Positions 13,313-55,684 of a DNA stretch of 64,000 nt are shown here, in pieces. Position 1 is the first letter of the stretch, and every line of letters begins with the position of its first letter. The stretch covers positions 9,176,001 through 9,240,000 of the forward strand of contig CM022670.1 of NCBI GenBank assembly GCA_012295275.1. Direction: 5' to 3'. The DNA comes from Chrysomallon squamiferum (taxonomy: Eukaryota; Animalia; Mollusca). The notes beneath the pieces were generated by a model. The model was not told the origin of the DNA, did no database searches, and worked only from the letters and a program-made list of their open reading frames with translations. Position numbers and translations under genes: made by a program.

Positions 13313-14871
13313 GTAACAATAACAATAATAACAGTAATAATAATAACAACAAAAAATTCACAAATAAGAGATTCACAAGTAAGCCTTAAAAGCAGATAAC
13401 AAGAAAGTGAAGTCAATATATAATTTCTTTATTTCCAGAAAAAAAAATCTAAATATCTTTGTATAATTTCTTTACTACAGTTATTATGATGTATCTAAAA
13501 CATAATCTACTAAATGCTATATATTTATTTATTTTTAATCCAGGTCCTTCACCATGGCGATAGTTCCCAAGGTGACAGTCACAGATACAGTGCCATTGTT
13601 GAGCCTGATGATGCCACCTCCATGGTAAGAAGTGATTGTATTATACAAATAGTGTAATGTTTATAGAAAAATAATACAACAAGATTACTGTTATAAATGA
13701 AATAATAAATAGTCTTTAATATTTATTAGCAAATACCTTTTTTTGTGGAATTTTTCTTTACTTATTTTATTTCCATAAAATTTTATTTACTTATGGTTGT
13801 TTTGTTGGGTGTTTTTAACAGTTTTGGTTTATATATATTTAATGGTTATTTCATCATTTACTTTATTTTATTTTATAGCTCTACAGGGTTTTTTTTTTCA
13901 TTTATTTTTATTTCACATATTGTATTTTTACTTAACCTTCAAAGTCATTAACTGAGCAATAAATACTGAACTTTTGAACAGGCATTTGCCAGTTTGTTTC
14001 ATCAAATGAAATTCAATACAAAGCAATGAAATGTGATATTAACTGCTGATACTTGTCAATTTTCAGGAGAGATTAACACTGGTATTCAAAGAGCTGAGCT
14101 GCAACAGTGAAAACAAAGTTCCATACAAAATATTAATCGAACATCCACTTATACAAGACATTGTCATTAAGTGCAAGTCGTTCAAACTTCTGGTAAGTTT
14201 ATGATAATTAGTATTTCTTGGTGAAGAGGCATAGTTAGCTAAATCCCATCAGATTTAGTCTCACCACGTTACTGTGATATCAAATGACAAATTAACAGTA
14301 ACATGGCAAAGTTGACAGTGAATTATCCAAAATGTTAAATATTTGTGATTATTATTTGTTTAAATTGAATTTCTTACAAATAAAACCTTCTAGACTCTGT
14401 TTCATGGGCTGGTTCCAGCTATTGCAGATAACAAGTTTGTATGTATTTAATCTCATTGTCTGACACCCAAGGCTGATGTACTTTTTGATCTGCGATGCTG
14501 TTTATAACACTTATTTGTTAGAATCACCATTTGTTTATTATTTTTTATTGTAGTTACATGATTATTTTCTACATATTTCTACGTAGTTCAGAAAGAGGGG
14601 ATCTAAGGCACTGTTATTGACTGATTTAATAATAATAGATGTTTGTGGGTGTCTGTGAGAGAGAGAAGAGAGATGCAATGAGGGTACTCTTTAATTTTGT
14701 TTTATTCTTCCACATAAATCTTTGTAATCTCAGCCACTCTAATAACTATACAACTGATAAATTATAACACAAATAACATTACTGTTCTTTTTGTTGTAGG
14801 ACATCAAAGGAATCTTGGCATCATGTGCTACAGAAAACATTGATATGCACAGCACTAAAACAGGGGAATAA
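1..14871 (+). CDS. SPEF2: Sperm flagellar protein 2 (SPEF2/KPL2), 3' part of gene, 22 coding exons in window, 5'-partial (~1011 aa)
   Basis: Phase-consistent GT-AG exon chain: <1-43, 570-645, 2589-2702, 3407-3567, 4168-4295, 4597-4663, 5276-5485, 5753-5869, 6217-6500, 6859-7066, 7520-7703, 7908-7994, 8259-8397, 8877-8976, 9597-9704, 10141-10269, 10732-10914, 11613-11753, 12291-12569, 13544-13624, 14067-14192, 14800-14871 (TAA). Translation includes YLRRPDHKQEFVTQWQ, PDDMRDDEETKADLHQTVDDLREKLWDICDERKEQAE, DRFQDTVRLLKDYY and RIPLVPR, which match recalled vertebrate SPEF2, plus a C-terminal EF-hand-like segment. Confidence 0.92.
570..645 (+). CDS. SPEF2: SPEF2 exon
   Basis: ttttag|PVEVPEPPKEEPPPERKTSRPTSRE|gtaga, phase 0 to 1. 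Confidence 0.8.
1230..2588 (+). repeat. Degenerate ~90-100 bp tandem array (~14 units) filling a SPEF2 intron
   Basis: Recurrent motif TGAAAAT..AC..TTATAGTCATTACATCTTGAAGTATGACTAAG near 1264, 1345, 1451, 1647, 1788, 1901, 1999, 2163, 2256, 2348, 2441. Confidence 0.75.
2589..2702 (+). CDS. SPEF2: SPEF2 exon
   Basis: cacag|GSPKKSSRKSSKSDKKDDRPKSGSPRRGGSKTEKKSGR|gtaaat, phase 1 to 1. Confidence 0.8.
3407..3567 (+). CDS. SPEF2: SPEF2 exon
   Basis: tgtag|...PPPPEPGSEEWEFVDQPIED|gtgagt. Confidence 0.88.
4168..4295 (+). CDS. SPEF2: SPEF2 exon
   Basis: ttaag|ELAKILLDYWECVEKTY...YRYFYQI|gtaac. Confidence 0.88.
4597..4663 (+). CDS. SPEF2: SPEF2 exon
   Basis: tacag|KDFLGYLRRPDHKQEFVTQWQT|gtaagt. Confidence 0.9.
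5276..5485 (+). CDS. SPEF2: SPEF2 exon
   Basis: ttcag|NYNNIPDDMRDDEETKADLHQ...HYITIMQ|gttagt. Confidence 0.9.
5753..5869 (+). CDS. SPEF2: SPEF2 exon
   Basis: tgtag|CEVDRFQDTVRLLKDYY...ARIPLIE|gtaacc. Confidence 0.9.
6217..6500 (+). CDS. SPEF2: SPEF2 exon (RSKSP repeats)
   Basis: accag|LPVERPEPEK...TKEKK|gtgaat. Confidence 0.85.
6859..7066 (+). CDS. SPEF2: SPEF2 exon
   Basis: tgtag|IPLVPRRPVSPD...ISSISSM|gtatga. Confidence 0.87.
7520..7703 (+). CDS. SPEF2: SPEF2 exon
   Basis: ttcag|MSAEMAAKEAEEE...ATPPP|gtaaat. Confidence 0.87.
7908..7994 (+). CDS. SPEF2: SPEF2 exon
   Basis: tacag|VELTEEEKQKKLIKEKIRAEYYYAIAHE|gtagg. Confidence 0.87.
8259..8397 (+). CDS. SPEF2: SPEF2 exon
   Basis: ttcag|SAAKLRLELIK...WLGARFLKEME|gtttgt. 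Confidence 0.88.
8877..8976 (+). CDS. SPEF2: SPEF2 exon
   Basis: cacag|IDQMSELMRHAIE...DFLLDE|gtgagt. Confidence 0.88.
9597..9704 (+). CDS. SPEF2: SPEF2 exon
   Basis: tacag|DLAVLRSPSPPPPPEP...QLIQLFQQ|gtagga. Confidence 0.87.
10141..10269 (+). CDS. SPEF2: SPEF2 exon
   Basis: tctag|FYSTAPSGVMSS...LPDMWMRVTPNQ|gttagt. Confidence 0.87.
10732..10914 (+). CDS. SPEF2: SPEF2 exon (EF-hand-like)
   Basis: ttcag|IHEITNML...FVDWRRF...FKEMDQKSTGFVSREQYDR|gtaggc. Confidence 0.88.
11613..11753 (+). CDS. SPEF2: SPEF2 exon
   Basis: gtcag|TNLWFS...LDYISM|gtgagt. Confidence 0.87.
12291..12569 (+). CDS. SPEF2: SPEF2 exon
   Basis: tgtag|LMYYSAVPNSHQGFLRALSVASG...VDALYK|gtgagt. Confidence 0.87.
12620..12735. 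repeat. (TG)n microsatellite
   Basis: Direct inspection. Confidence 0.9.
12951..13031 (+). repeat. 38-bp tandem duplication
   Basis: CTGTAACATTAATTTTCACTGTAGTATTTTTTCATTCA x2. Confidence 0.85.
13544..13624 (+). CDS. SPEF2: SPEF2 exon
   Basis: tccag|VLHHGDSSQGDSHRYSAIVEPDDATSM|gtaaga. Confidence 0.85.
14067..14192 (+). CDS. SPEF2: SPEF2 exon
   Basis: ttcag|ERLTLVFKEL...HPLIQDIVIKCKSFKLL|gtaagt. Confidence 0.87.
14800..14871 (+). CDS. SPEF2: SPEF2 terminal coding exon
   Basis: tgtag|DIKGILASCATENIDMHSTKTGE* (TAA 14869-14871). Confidence 0.82.
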   Translation, partial: DIKGILASCATENIDMHSTKTGE

Positions 14872-15117
14872 ACAACACAACTGACTGAAGTAACTACTTG
14901 TACCTTTTGTACAAGATATTAGAATATGCGTGTGTGCGTGTCATCAATGACATTTTTTTTTTTTTTTTTTTTACTGGTGTATTGTTTAGTTTTGCATTTT
15001 ATCAGACAATAATATCTTTTGTTATTACCATTAATATTAGTTGCCTGATTTGAATGTGTATTTTTGTGTACCTGAATGAATTTTTCTCTACATAAAAAAT
15101 GGCTAAAGTAATTCAAT

Positions 15118-15153
<36 letters not shown>

Positions 15154-16976
15154 AATTCTACTTAATTATATAAGCAAAAGTTATTTTTGACATATATATA
15201 TATATAATACAGATTGTGAGTAAAAATATGCTGTCCTATATGTAAATAAATAACTTAAGTAACAGCAGAGTGAATCCATAAAAGTTAAATATAAACAGTT
15301 TAAATTTACTGCCTGCAAACTGTTTTTCAGATACAGACAGATCTACACAAATATTTTTAGCAGGATAGTGTGGATGTTTATTGCTAGTATCAAAACTGCC
15401 AAATGATTAACATGCCTGGCATGCTGAATGTGTTAAAAAGAATGAATGTTGTGTTACTGTAAAATAAGATTTAATTAACTATTTCTATTTCGTTGTTTTG
15501 TTGTTAATGTTATAGACTGATAATTTACTGAATTTGTTACTTTCAAGATCAATGATTTTTGTTTCTGGTTTTTAATATACCATCCTGGGGAAAAAAAAGA
15601 CAACAGTACAATGGTTTTTACCAGCATAGATCTATAGATATTATGTTAAAAATGTGTTTTGTGTTTTATATTTATTTTTAACAAATGTATTGTGAACTAT
15701 ACTGATTATACAAACAAGAAGGAATTAATTTTTGAAACATATCTCCACAAATTTACAATGTTAAAAAACAATATTAATAAAATAATAAATATATAAGTAG
15801 TTAAATGAATAAAATCTGCTAAAAACAAACAAATAAATAAATAAATAAAATACAATTAAAAAAAAAATAATAATAATGGTATTGGAAAATCAAATTACTG
15901 TTGAATTTAATTTCCTACTGAATTATTTTAAAATTAAAAAATAAACTAAAATTTAAACCAAAAAAAATTAGAAATTAAAAAATAAACCAAAAGATACATT
16001 AATAAAAATAAACTTTCAACAACTTCAGGTATTATGAACCAGATTTTAAAAGCTATAAATATTACCAGTATTTCTCTATTTTCATAACTTTCTTAAATTA
16101 AGTTATGAGAATATTTGTTTTATTACAAATTAGTGTGGATTTCACAACTTCTGTTATAATTTTACATATTTTGAAAGGTTACAAGGATCAAAATATAAGT
16201 GTTTGTGCTGTGCATCATACAAAAAAAAACAGCAACAGGAGTTGTAATAAAAATGACATAGATAAATATTTCTTAATCGAATATTATAATTTATTTAAAT
16301 TTTTTGGTTTCATATGTGATATAAGTCTCATGTTAGACAGATTTTTCTCTTTTTTTTTTTTTTTCATGCAGTTCTCATATTTCTTTAAAAAAAATTATTC
16401 TCTTTTACTTCTTTTCTTTCCTTTTCTTTTTATTTTAATTACTGTTTTACTTACAATAATAAAATTAACAAACACAGACTGTACTGAATTCACCCAGAGA
16501 CTTAAAAAAAAAATACACATGCTAAAAAACTAGTTGCAAAAAAGGAATATTTGATTTGTCTCGTGCGTTGTTTTTTAAATTATTTTTTCATTTGACTTTG
16601 ACTTCTTATTTAAATGTAGAGACTTTGTGGATTTTAAAATGCCACATAAATTACTAATTCCTCGTTTGAAATGTATTTCTCCCACAAGTATTGTCTGTTA
16701 GGTTCTTTTTTACAGATATATACATTATCTACCTGTTGAATTTAAATCACTGTGATATAAAAAAAACTTATATATTGTAAAAATATTAATCTAAATAAAA
16801 TGTTTCAATATTTAAAAAAAAGTATTTTGTTTGTTTTATTTGTTGTATGTTCATTGAGGGGGAAAAAAAAAGAAGCAAAAGCAATTTCAGTTTTTAAAAA
16901 TTGGTTATAGAATTTTTATAAAAAAGTCAGACATTGTTTTAAGCTGACATAAATATATTACAAAAAAAAACACCTC

Positions 16977-17112
16977 TAAGCTGTCTTACAAATTATATTA
17001 CAAATATTACAAAGTTGTAAGCTGTCTTATAAATTATATTACAAATATTACAAAGTTGTAAGCTGTCTTATAAATTATATTACAAATATTACAAAGTTGT
17101 AAGCTGTCTTAT
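16977..17112 (+). repeat. 41-bp minisatellite, ~3.3 copies
   Basis: TAAGCTGTCTTA(C/T)AAATTATATTACAAATATTACAAAGTTG starting at 16977, 17018, 17059, 17100. Confidence 0.88.
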
Positions 17113-18298
17113 ATTAAAAATATTATTCAGGTTCTAAAATTACTGAAGAACTTTAATAATGTTTCATGTCTACTGTGTGAAGATGTATACAGAAGAATCG
17201 TTGCTGTCTGTAAGTGAAAGAAATTCTCACAATGTCTTTATCAGGTTTCTTTTACAGTCATATTTCAACCAGTGTCTCTGAACAAGGTTTATTAAAAGTT
17301 ATTTTCTCTAAGGGAAGGAACAAAAAAAAAAAAAAAAAAAAATCCACTGCTTGACAGTAAAGTAAGTCAATATGGTTTCTCTCTGTTCTTTCTTGATATG
17401 TAGATTTAATAAATTAACCTTCTGTCTTTCTTGAAAGGTTTATGAGTTTTTCAAATGTTTTTTTTTTTCTTTTCTTTCAGATTATTTATTGTTATTTTAT
17501 TTCTCTTAAATCAGCATACCATTAAATTCCCCATTGAATCCATACTTTTCAAAATAGTTAATGAGAGGTTAGAAGAAATTCTATACATATGTATGTACCT
17601 TTCTGTCTACTTTGTGAGTGTTGATATATATATATATATAGCTGAATTACTGTTTTTCTATATGTAAGTACCTGTAAGTATTTCTGTGCATTTCAATTCT
17701 GAGCAAATGTTGTAGCATGTGTGTATAGTCAAATTTATGTACATCTGTATAGTTGAATGTGTGTATTTGTTATTTTTGTGTGTGTGTGTGTGTCAGTTAC
17801 AAGAAAATCTGATGGAAACATAATCTTTGACATTCTGAAATTCAATCAATATGCAGTGCAGCAGTTCTGTTCTAAATGATATATAAGACAGTAAAAAATA
17901 ATGACCAGATATTTATTGCAAAATAATGTCTACAAGAGCAGTTTCATGCATCAAGATGACACAGAAGTATTCTACTGTAAAGAAATACTAACAATAACAA
18001 AGCTATTATCCCCGTCATATCTCATGTTTCACAAATCAGAAGAAGAAAAAACAAAATTACGATATTAACTGTACAGTTTCTGAAAGCACTTTTTTTTTTT
18101 GTTAATTAGAATAAAATAATAAAATCTCCTGAATAACATTCTCTATAATGAATAATTATAGAACTTCTCTGATGGGGATTTCAAGATATTTGGGAAGAAT
18201 GTCAGTAGAATTGTACTAAAATGTCTCCAGTCCATCAAAACATCAAGTGATATCCTCAGCCAGTTTTTCCTGTGAGTTGTCATAGAAAATAGCCATCA

Positions 18299-18346
18299 CT
18301 GTGACCACTGCTGTGACCACTGCTGTGACCACTGGTGTGACCAATG
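18299..18346 (+). repeat. 12-bp tandem repeat x4 in formin 3' UTR region
   Basis: CTGTGACCACTG units. Confidence 0.75.
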
Positions 18347-18539
18347 GTCTTTTACACATGCATCTCTTCTTCAGCATTCCAGTTCATCACCTGAAGCAAC
18401 ACATGTCTCAAATTCTGCCTACTTCATAATATTGCCAGTATGAGAAGAAAAGAAAAGCAAAATGGCTGCCATGCTAACATATTATGATGTTTGAGAATTA
18501 TTACTAATGATCTGTTTTATATATAGAGTTATCACAGAA

Positions 18540-48454
<29,915 letters not shown>

Positions 48455-50862
48455 GTTCCACCAAGCCTGCAAGTATAAAACACACATTTTTATGAGCTTA
48501 CTTCAAAATTTTTCCATAATATTACGCATTGTAGATTCTTTATTTACAACTCAAAAAGGTCTAGATCTGGCAGTTTCTGTTTCAAAATAACGTACAGTGA
48601 CATACCTTGATATACATGTTTTGTAATGTAGGCCTATACGTTGAACGTTAATTGTCATAAATTTTCATTAAGTTAATCTTTAATTTCTGGGTGCATAAAA
48701 CGCGAGTAACTGAAATGAAATCAGTTTAAATGGAAGGGTTTTAATGTGTAATATAAAACTGTTATCAGGAAATGGATACTTCTACTACTGCTGCTGTTTC
48801 AAACACTACTACTACAGCTACTACTGTTACTATTACTGCTGCTACTACTACTATTAGTACTAATAATAACAACAACAATAATAATAAAACAATAATAAAA
48901 TTAAACGTGAAATGAGAGAGAAAATAAATAATAGGAAGAAAAGAAAAAAAAGCAAGGAAAGAAAAACCGAAAACGTTTTACAAAATAAATAAATAAATAA
49001 ATGATCGAAAAAATATTTTACTACGATTTATTGTTCTGCTGCTAGTGCGGACATACAAATGTCAAAAACATGTCTAAGCTCACTTTGGTTTTGTCAAATA
49101 AACCAATTATTCATTCATTGCAACCAGTGTCAATATTGCGCTCGCACCCGACGCTTTTAATTTGTTCCTTTTCACTGAAAATAAAAAGGTCAACAGGAGA
49201 TGACTGTTACCAGAGAAATACATGGGATTTTGGGGTTGTTTTTTGTTGTGTGTTTTGTTTTTTAAAACTGACACCAGTTTTGTTCATTTGTTATGTTCCA
49301 GTTTGTGTAAGTTTATGAAGTTTATTATATTTTTTTCCCCAGTACAGTCAAGACTGAAAAAAAAAAAAAAAACGAAGAATAAATTTTATGAATGTCAGCG
49401 AACAGAATGAGAAAAAAAAAAAATGTTCACCTGATAAGCCAACGTGAGCTTAAACAGATTTATATTTGCACTATCGTTGTAAACTATTCAGTAAAGCCAT
49501 TACTCACGAGCTCTAGACTTGAACTGCAATATTACCCAAGAATTACTAAACTGAAATAATTTCCATAATTATGTGATATTTATCTAGTATATATAATTTT
49601 ATTACCTGACCTGTAGTCATATTCTTTTCATATTATTCTTTATTATTTATTTATTTTATATATATTTATTTTTTTTTAAGATAAAGACATCGCAAAAATG
49701 GGAAGAAAAAACAAAAACAAAGATGAAACGGTGCACTAAACATACCAAATTAGGTAAGTTCACTGTGTCCGCAGAGCACGCTGAAACCAGTGACACATTC
49801 CGTATCAAGAAAACAAAATCATGGAGGAACAAAAATGTCAAAACACCCACATATCATGATACAGCGGATCAAAAACTTTTCAAACACGACTGCATGTATA
49901 CTCTTCTCTGATCCGGTTACAAAGACACACTTTATTCAGCCAAGCGACGAAAACAACCGTTTACCTCTTTCCAGAAAGATAAAAAACCACCAACAAAAAA
50001 AATAAAAATAAAAATAAAGTGTCGTCTGTTCACAGCCGCACTCGACATCCGTGAATCTGACTCTGGCAGCAGTGAAACTGACTCTCGTCTGTCCACTTTT
50101 TCCCGCTGTCGAGTGTTTTGTGGCGTCACGTGTTTGTGAATCGGGTTAATCAAACAAAGGATTAAACACTCCTGGCGTGTTAGGTGGTCACACCCGGGTC
50201 AAATCTTCACCTCACGTGGGTGGATTAAATTTTTATAAATTTATTTTTTACCTTAGCAAACTGTTAGTTTTTATCTATAAGAGTTACATAACCTTTACTG
50301 CATTATGGTCTCTTTCTAGGCCAGAATGTGAGTAAAAAAATATATATATTATTTTTGGGGTTTGGGGTGGGGTAGTTGATGTTAGGAGATGAATTTTACA
50401 AACCAGGTTCGGGTTCAGAAACAAATAAAACGTTTTTGTATTTATATTTTATTTATTTATTTATTTATTTTAGGACTTCATAAAGAGCGTTTTGAATTCA
50501 TTAATGAAGAAACCACAAGAGAAATATACACTAGGTATACTCAATTAAAAGTAAATATCTAATTATATCATTACATCTAATTTATATTAAACATGCTAGA
50601 TATAAACTATGTAGGAAAAATAAATCATATAATCAGTAATCATATATTTAACACACAGTATTAACTGATGACTCGATGTGACCGGTTTGTACTGTATATT
50701 ATTACCTCAACCTTAAACAAGTGTAAAACATACAGTAGAACCGCGATTTAACAGCAGGCTGTCCTTTCATTTTTACTTGTTTATGATTTTAAATTATTTC
50801 CATCGTTCTTTCTTTATTTCTCTCTCTCTCTCAGACAGACACACACACACACACACTCATCA

Positions 50863-50899
<37 letters not shown>

Positions 50900-51646
50900 A
50901 CACACACACACACACGTCTCGGATATCTTGCCTTTCAACCTACCATTGAGTTCTTAGTTCATCTGTGTATAAGTGTGTATAATCCAGTGACAGTGTTGTA
51001 CACACATTTGTAAGATTTTGAATACATTCACAAATCACAGTCTTTTGAGCTCACTGGGTTAACATTATTAAACGAAAACTGTCAAAAAGCCCGAGTTTGA
51101 AATACAGACAGAGGGAGCCACTTGTCTGAGTGGCCCTTGTAAAAGTTTTTATTCGTTCCAGTCAATAATTGTTTTATTTAATACCTTTTAACAAAGAATA
51201 ACAATACCAAACACATTAGCATATCAAGACACTTTAGTTAAAACAATAACTTACCAGACAGCACGTAAATCCTGAATATATATATAAATATATTTCTATT
51301 AAATTTTAAAAATCACCTTTTAAACCTCTCCTTCTGTCTCTCTGTGTTAGAGACTTCCTACCAAGTTCAAAAAACAAAACAGCGGCTCTGAATTACACGG
51401 AAACAGGGAAATGACTTGGTAGTCTATTAACAGTGTTACGAGGTAACTCACTTAGTGACAGTATGTCTTGAAATAAACACTTCTGTTTCGCTGAAGCTGT
51501 CTCATCGTGTTTCCTGTTGACCGGCAGCGAGGGCAAACTAATTTACTGTATGCAGCATTCGCTGATAAGGAAACATTCACATACACAGACCAGAGAAAGT
51601 ATTCCTCCTTACAGACAGACAGACAGACACAAAAAAAAGAAGAACA

Positions 51647-51679
<33 letters not shown>

Positions 51680-52457
51680 CGGACGGAGAGATTAACAGAC
51701 AGACAGACAGATAGATACGCAAACTGAGAGATTATTTTCACTTTTATCTTTCCTTCATTATTTTTTTCTCCCACTTGATTTTGTAATCATCTCTTTCCTA
51801 CACCCCCACACCTCCCCATACACGAAAAAAACACACACATATATAAATACATTTGTTTTAAAATAACCCTCGATGTTATAAATACACCATAACATGTCCA
51901 CGAGGTTTTAAAACCATCGATCCAAACAGCTGAATTCTATTAGTTCTTTTTTTAAAACAAACAGATGCAGTCAACGAAAATAATTAGAGAAAAACTGGAG
52001 ATACGTGACAGGAGCAATGTTCATCATGTCTCTCTCTCTATCGCATGCCGCTAACTCACTGACAGTGACGTTAAGTCGAGGTATCCATGGGTCGCTAGAT
52101 CTCTCCTAGGCCGTGCGCTAATTAAGATATTTCCCAACGTAGCTACTGCTCGCAGGACTGATTTATCTAAAGTAGACTAGAGTGTATTTTCATCTCCACT
52201 GGAAAGGTACACCAAAAAAAAATCCCTCGCTGTTAATTACACATGTGTTCCTCTCTTGTTATTTATATGAGTTTTAATCTAATGTACGAAGCCACGTAAT
52301 ATTAGACTGAACCTGTTTCGTTTGCGTCAGATAAATAAAACATTTCATTGTATTTCTTCACGCGTGAGTGTAAAATAAATGCAAAAATAGTTTTCGTATA
52401 AAATAACGTCAAACCTTCTGGGTTAAACCGATATATAAAAAAAAAATGTAATAATAA

Positions 52458-52491
<34 letters not shown>

Positions 52492-52662
52492 AAAATAAAT
52501 TCATTGATTCTATAAAACATTTCTTGCAGCTTATCAGTATATCAAAAATACTTTTTTATTACGCAACACTGTAAATGGTTGCATAATCTTATTTGAATAA
52601 AAAAAGAAATCGTGTTGAAATGCAACACTGTAAAATAATGTTAAAATACCGGACAATATTAA

Positions 52663-52701
<39 letters not shown>

Positions 52702-54257
52702 TAATTATTATTGTATGTCATCATATTCAATAAAAATATATATATATATTGTGCGACGTCATATTGAATTATAATATTCCGTGACGTCACGTTAAAGTAT
52801 AATATAATACATTATATTACATTACATATGAAACGATATCGTATTAAGTCATAACACTATGACATCGAATTAAATCATATATCATATGACATCATATTAA
52901 ATCAAAGTAATTATATGATACGATTACAACGCAATATACAGCATCACATTATATAACAATTTATTATATTCAGTTAAATTACATTATTTCCCTTAAAGCT
53001 GATACAAGCAAACAACCACGATTTGTTTTCTAAACTAACGCAGCGCAATTTGAAATATTATGAATTCTGAATAACGTCATCTACACCTTACCTTTCAACC
53101 GGATAAAATTCTTGTGCCAGTAAGCTAATTTTCGTGAGCTTCAAAAGGTGAAAAAAATTATCCATTTACTGAGCCTTTGAAATCAAAGGTAGCAGCAATC
53201 TTATTGTCCCATCCTCCAGATCGCAGGACGCGTTCGACTCAGTACATCTGCGTTAGTTCATCTAATACCCTTACTACAGTTTAACAGTGAGACAAAATTA
53301 TCGATCGGTATTAATCATTTAACACTGCCGCGGTCTTGACGTTGAAGAATGCAAGACGTTGCCGCCTGAATTTGATACTGGGTCACCACTCGGCACTGAT
53401 GTGTGTGGTACAGAGCCCCCGAGGGGGACGGCAAATGTAATTGGATCAAAAATTTAATATTAAATGTGACGATAATTTATTTCGAATATAAAATATTTTA
53501 TGGATGGCAGGGGTGGAAATTATTCTTCCAACCCTCCACCAGTGAATTTTTTCACTGTTTGAAAGAATAAAAATAATTATGTATGTATATATTATGTATG
53601 TTTATATATGTGTGTATGTACATATTTATTAATGAGTACTTGGCAGTCTATCAATCTGTCAGAACATTTTTCTGTCATGAAAAGGAAACCACTATTTAGT
53701 CAGTTTTAACCTGTTGATAATTTATGATATGTGATTAAACAAATTCTGATCAAACTGTTTTGCTCTGTGTGAGTCGAGGTTAATAGCCGTATTAATTTAA
53801 CAAAAATATGAATTTCAGTTAAATTACACAATTTTATAGTTTTAATATCTAAACTGCGGATTACTTTATTTCAATCGGCAATATATTTTGAAATATTTAT
53901 AGCAAAATTCCCCGTGAAACCAAGATTATAGTAAAAGCATTTAAATAGCCTAACGAAGCTATAGTCAGCTAATATTAATCAAACCAAAGTAGTTTAAATT
54001 ACCTTGTAACTGTTCGTTTCAAAACAGAACAATAAAAATGCGTGATCTGTAATTACTGCTTCCATATATATACTTTGTATCTTTTTCACTTTTCAGTAAT
54101 TGCTTAAAATCAGCTCTACAGACAAAGATTAATTATTTTAATTGTCATCATATAGATATACGTATAATATTTTCTTGATATCCAATAAACGATGACATTG
54201 TTATTGCTGAAAAGTCTTTAGACGTTAAAATATTCTTTCATTTGGCTTTCATTCACC

Positions 54258-54292
<35 letters not shown>

Positions 54293-55638
54293 ACGCAGAG
54301 ACACACACAGACAAACAAAAACCACATTGTCAGGTTTTAGGTCGTTACAACAGTACGAATGCGTTATCAAAGCCCGTGGTATTTGCTTCCCTACATAAAA
54401 CTATTCCTACTGGAAATTATCGTTCTGGCAGATCCTAATTTCCTTCAAATGTCTGTAATGGTTTTTCATTCCAGTCCAGTGACATCATGGCATCAAGGAG
54501 TTCACTCTCTGTTATCTGTATGGTTATTACTCAAATGCATGTCGCCGTATATCAGTAGATTAAAAATGTGCGGTACGCCTCGTTAAATAAATAATCCCTT
54601 CATTTCTACTGCTGAAGTCATAAAGACAGCGCCGGACTGTTACATTGGTGATCACGTTTTAGTTAAATGTTGAGTGACTTAATCGACTGCATGTACGTTC
54701 TAAGACACGAACTGACAAACTAAATCGTTAGGAATGACATTTACTCGTCTTGTTACTGCGGTAAGACGGTATATGTATTACTTGAAAGTGCATGTATTGG
54801 GAGACACGTACGATAACGTTTAACAGAAGAAGATGTTATGAAGTCTGTCCGGTCTCGATAATACAGATCAGAAGTTTGGACTGTTTGCTAGAATGGTGTT
54901 TGCCTTATTAATATTAGAGAACGGAATAGTAGACTTACATCTTCCCAAATGTTATGGGGAAGGGAGGGCATTCACAAACATGTATATGATTTCATATAAT
55001 GTGGACATTATTAAAAAAGAAAACCTAACATTTTCCCAAATGTGAAGGTACGATCCAGAAACCAAAATAAATATTTTTAGTAACTCGACAGTCAAAGTAT
55101 GATCCAAAAACGTTTCATCACCATAACATAAAACAATCATTTACTGACAGTTTGATTTATAATTTTCATGCTACATCTCTGTTTATCACAAACAGTTCCT
55201 CCAGCATAATCATTTCATTAATGAAGTCTCTGAACTTATAACAATGGTTTCATTCATTATAATTTGCGTGACACGCTGAAATTGCTTCATCAGTGATGTA
55301 GCACACGACTCCAGAAAAAACCCACTGAGTTAAGTTGACATTTCAAATTTGAAAATAGTCTGTCATCTACAGAATGAGATCATGCAGGTCACATACAGGA
55401 AGTTCCCATTTTATGCAGAAATGTCGACGATTTCAAGGTTTCAACGATAAATTTCTAAAGCAGAACATTTTTCGATTTTCAGCTGGATTTTATTTATTTA
55501 AAAAAATAAAAGTAGCTAGTTTTACAAATAAAAAGTGTATAGTATTCAAAATATTTATTGTTATCATTATGATTATTGCTGTTGTTGTTGTTGTTGTTAG
55601 CATTATCATTATCATCATCATTATTGTTTTTATTATTA

Positions 55639-55684
<46 letters not shown>

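Noticed and set aside
50731-50752. TACAGTAGAACCGCGATTTAAC resembling a Tc1/pogo TIR
   Set aside because: Solo motif with no partner inverted repeat seen.
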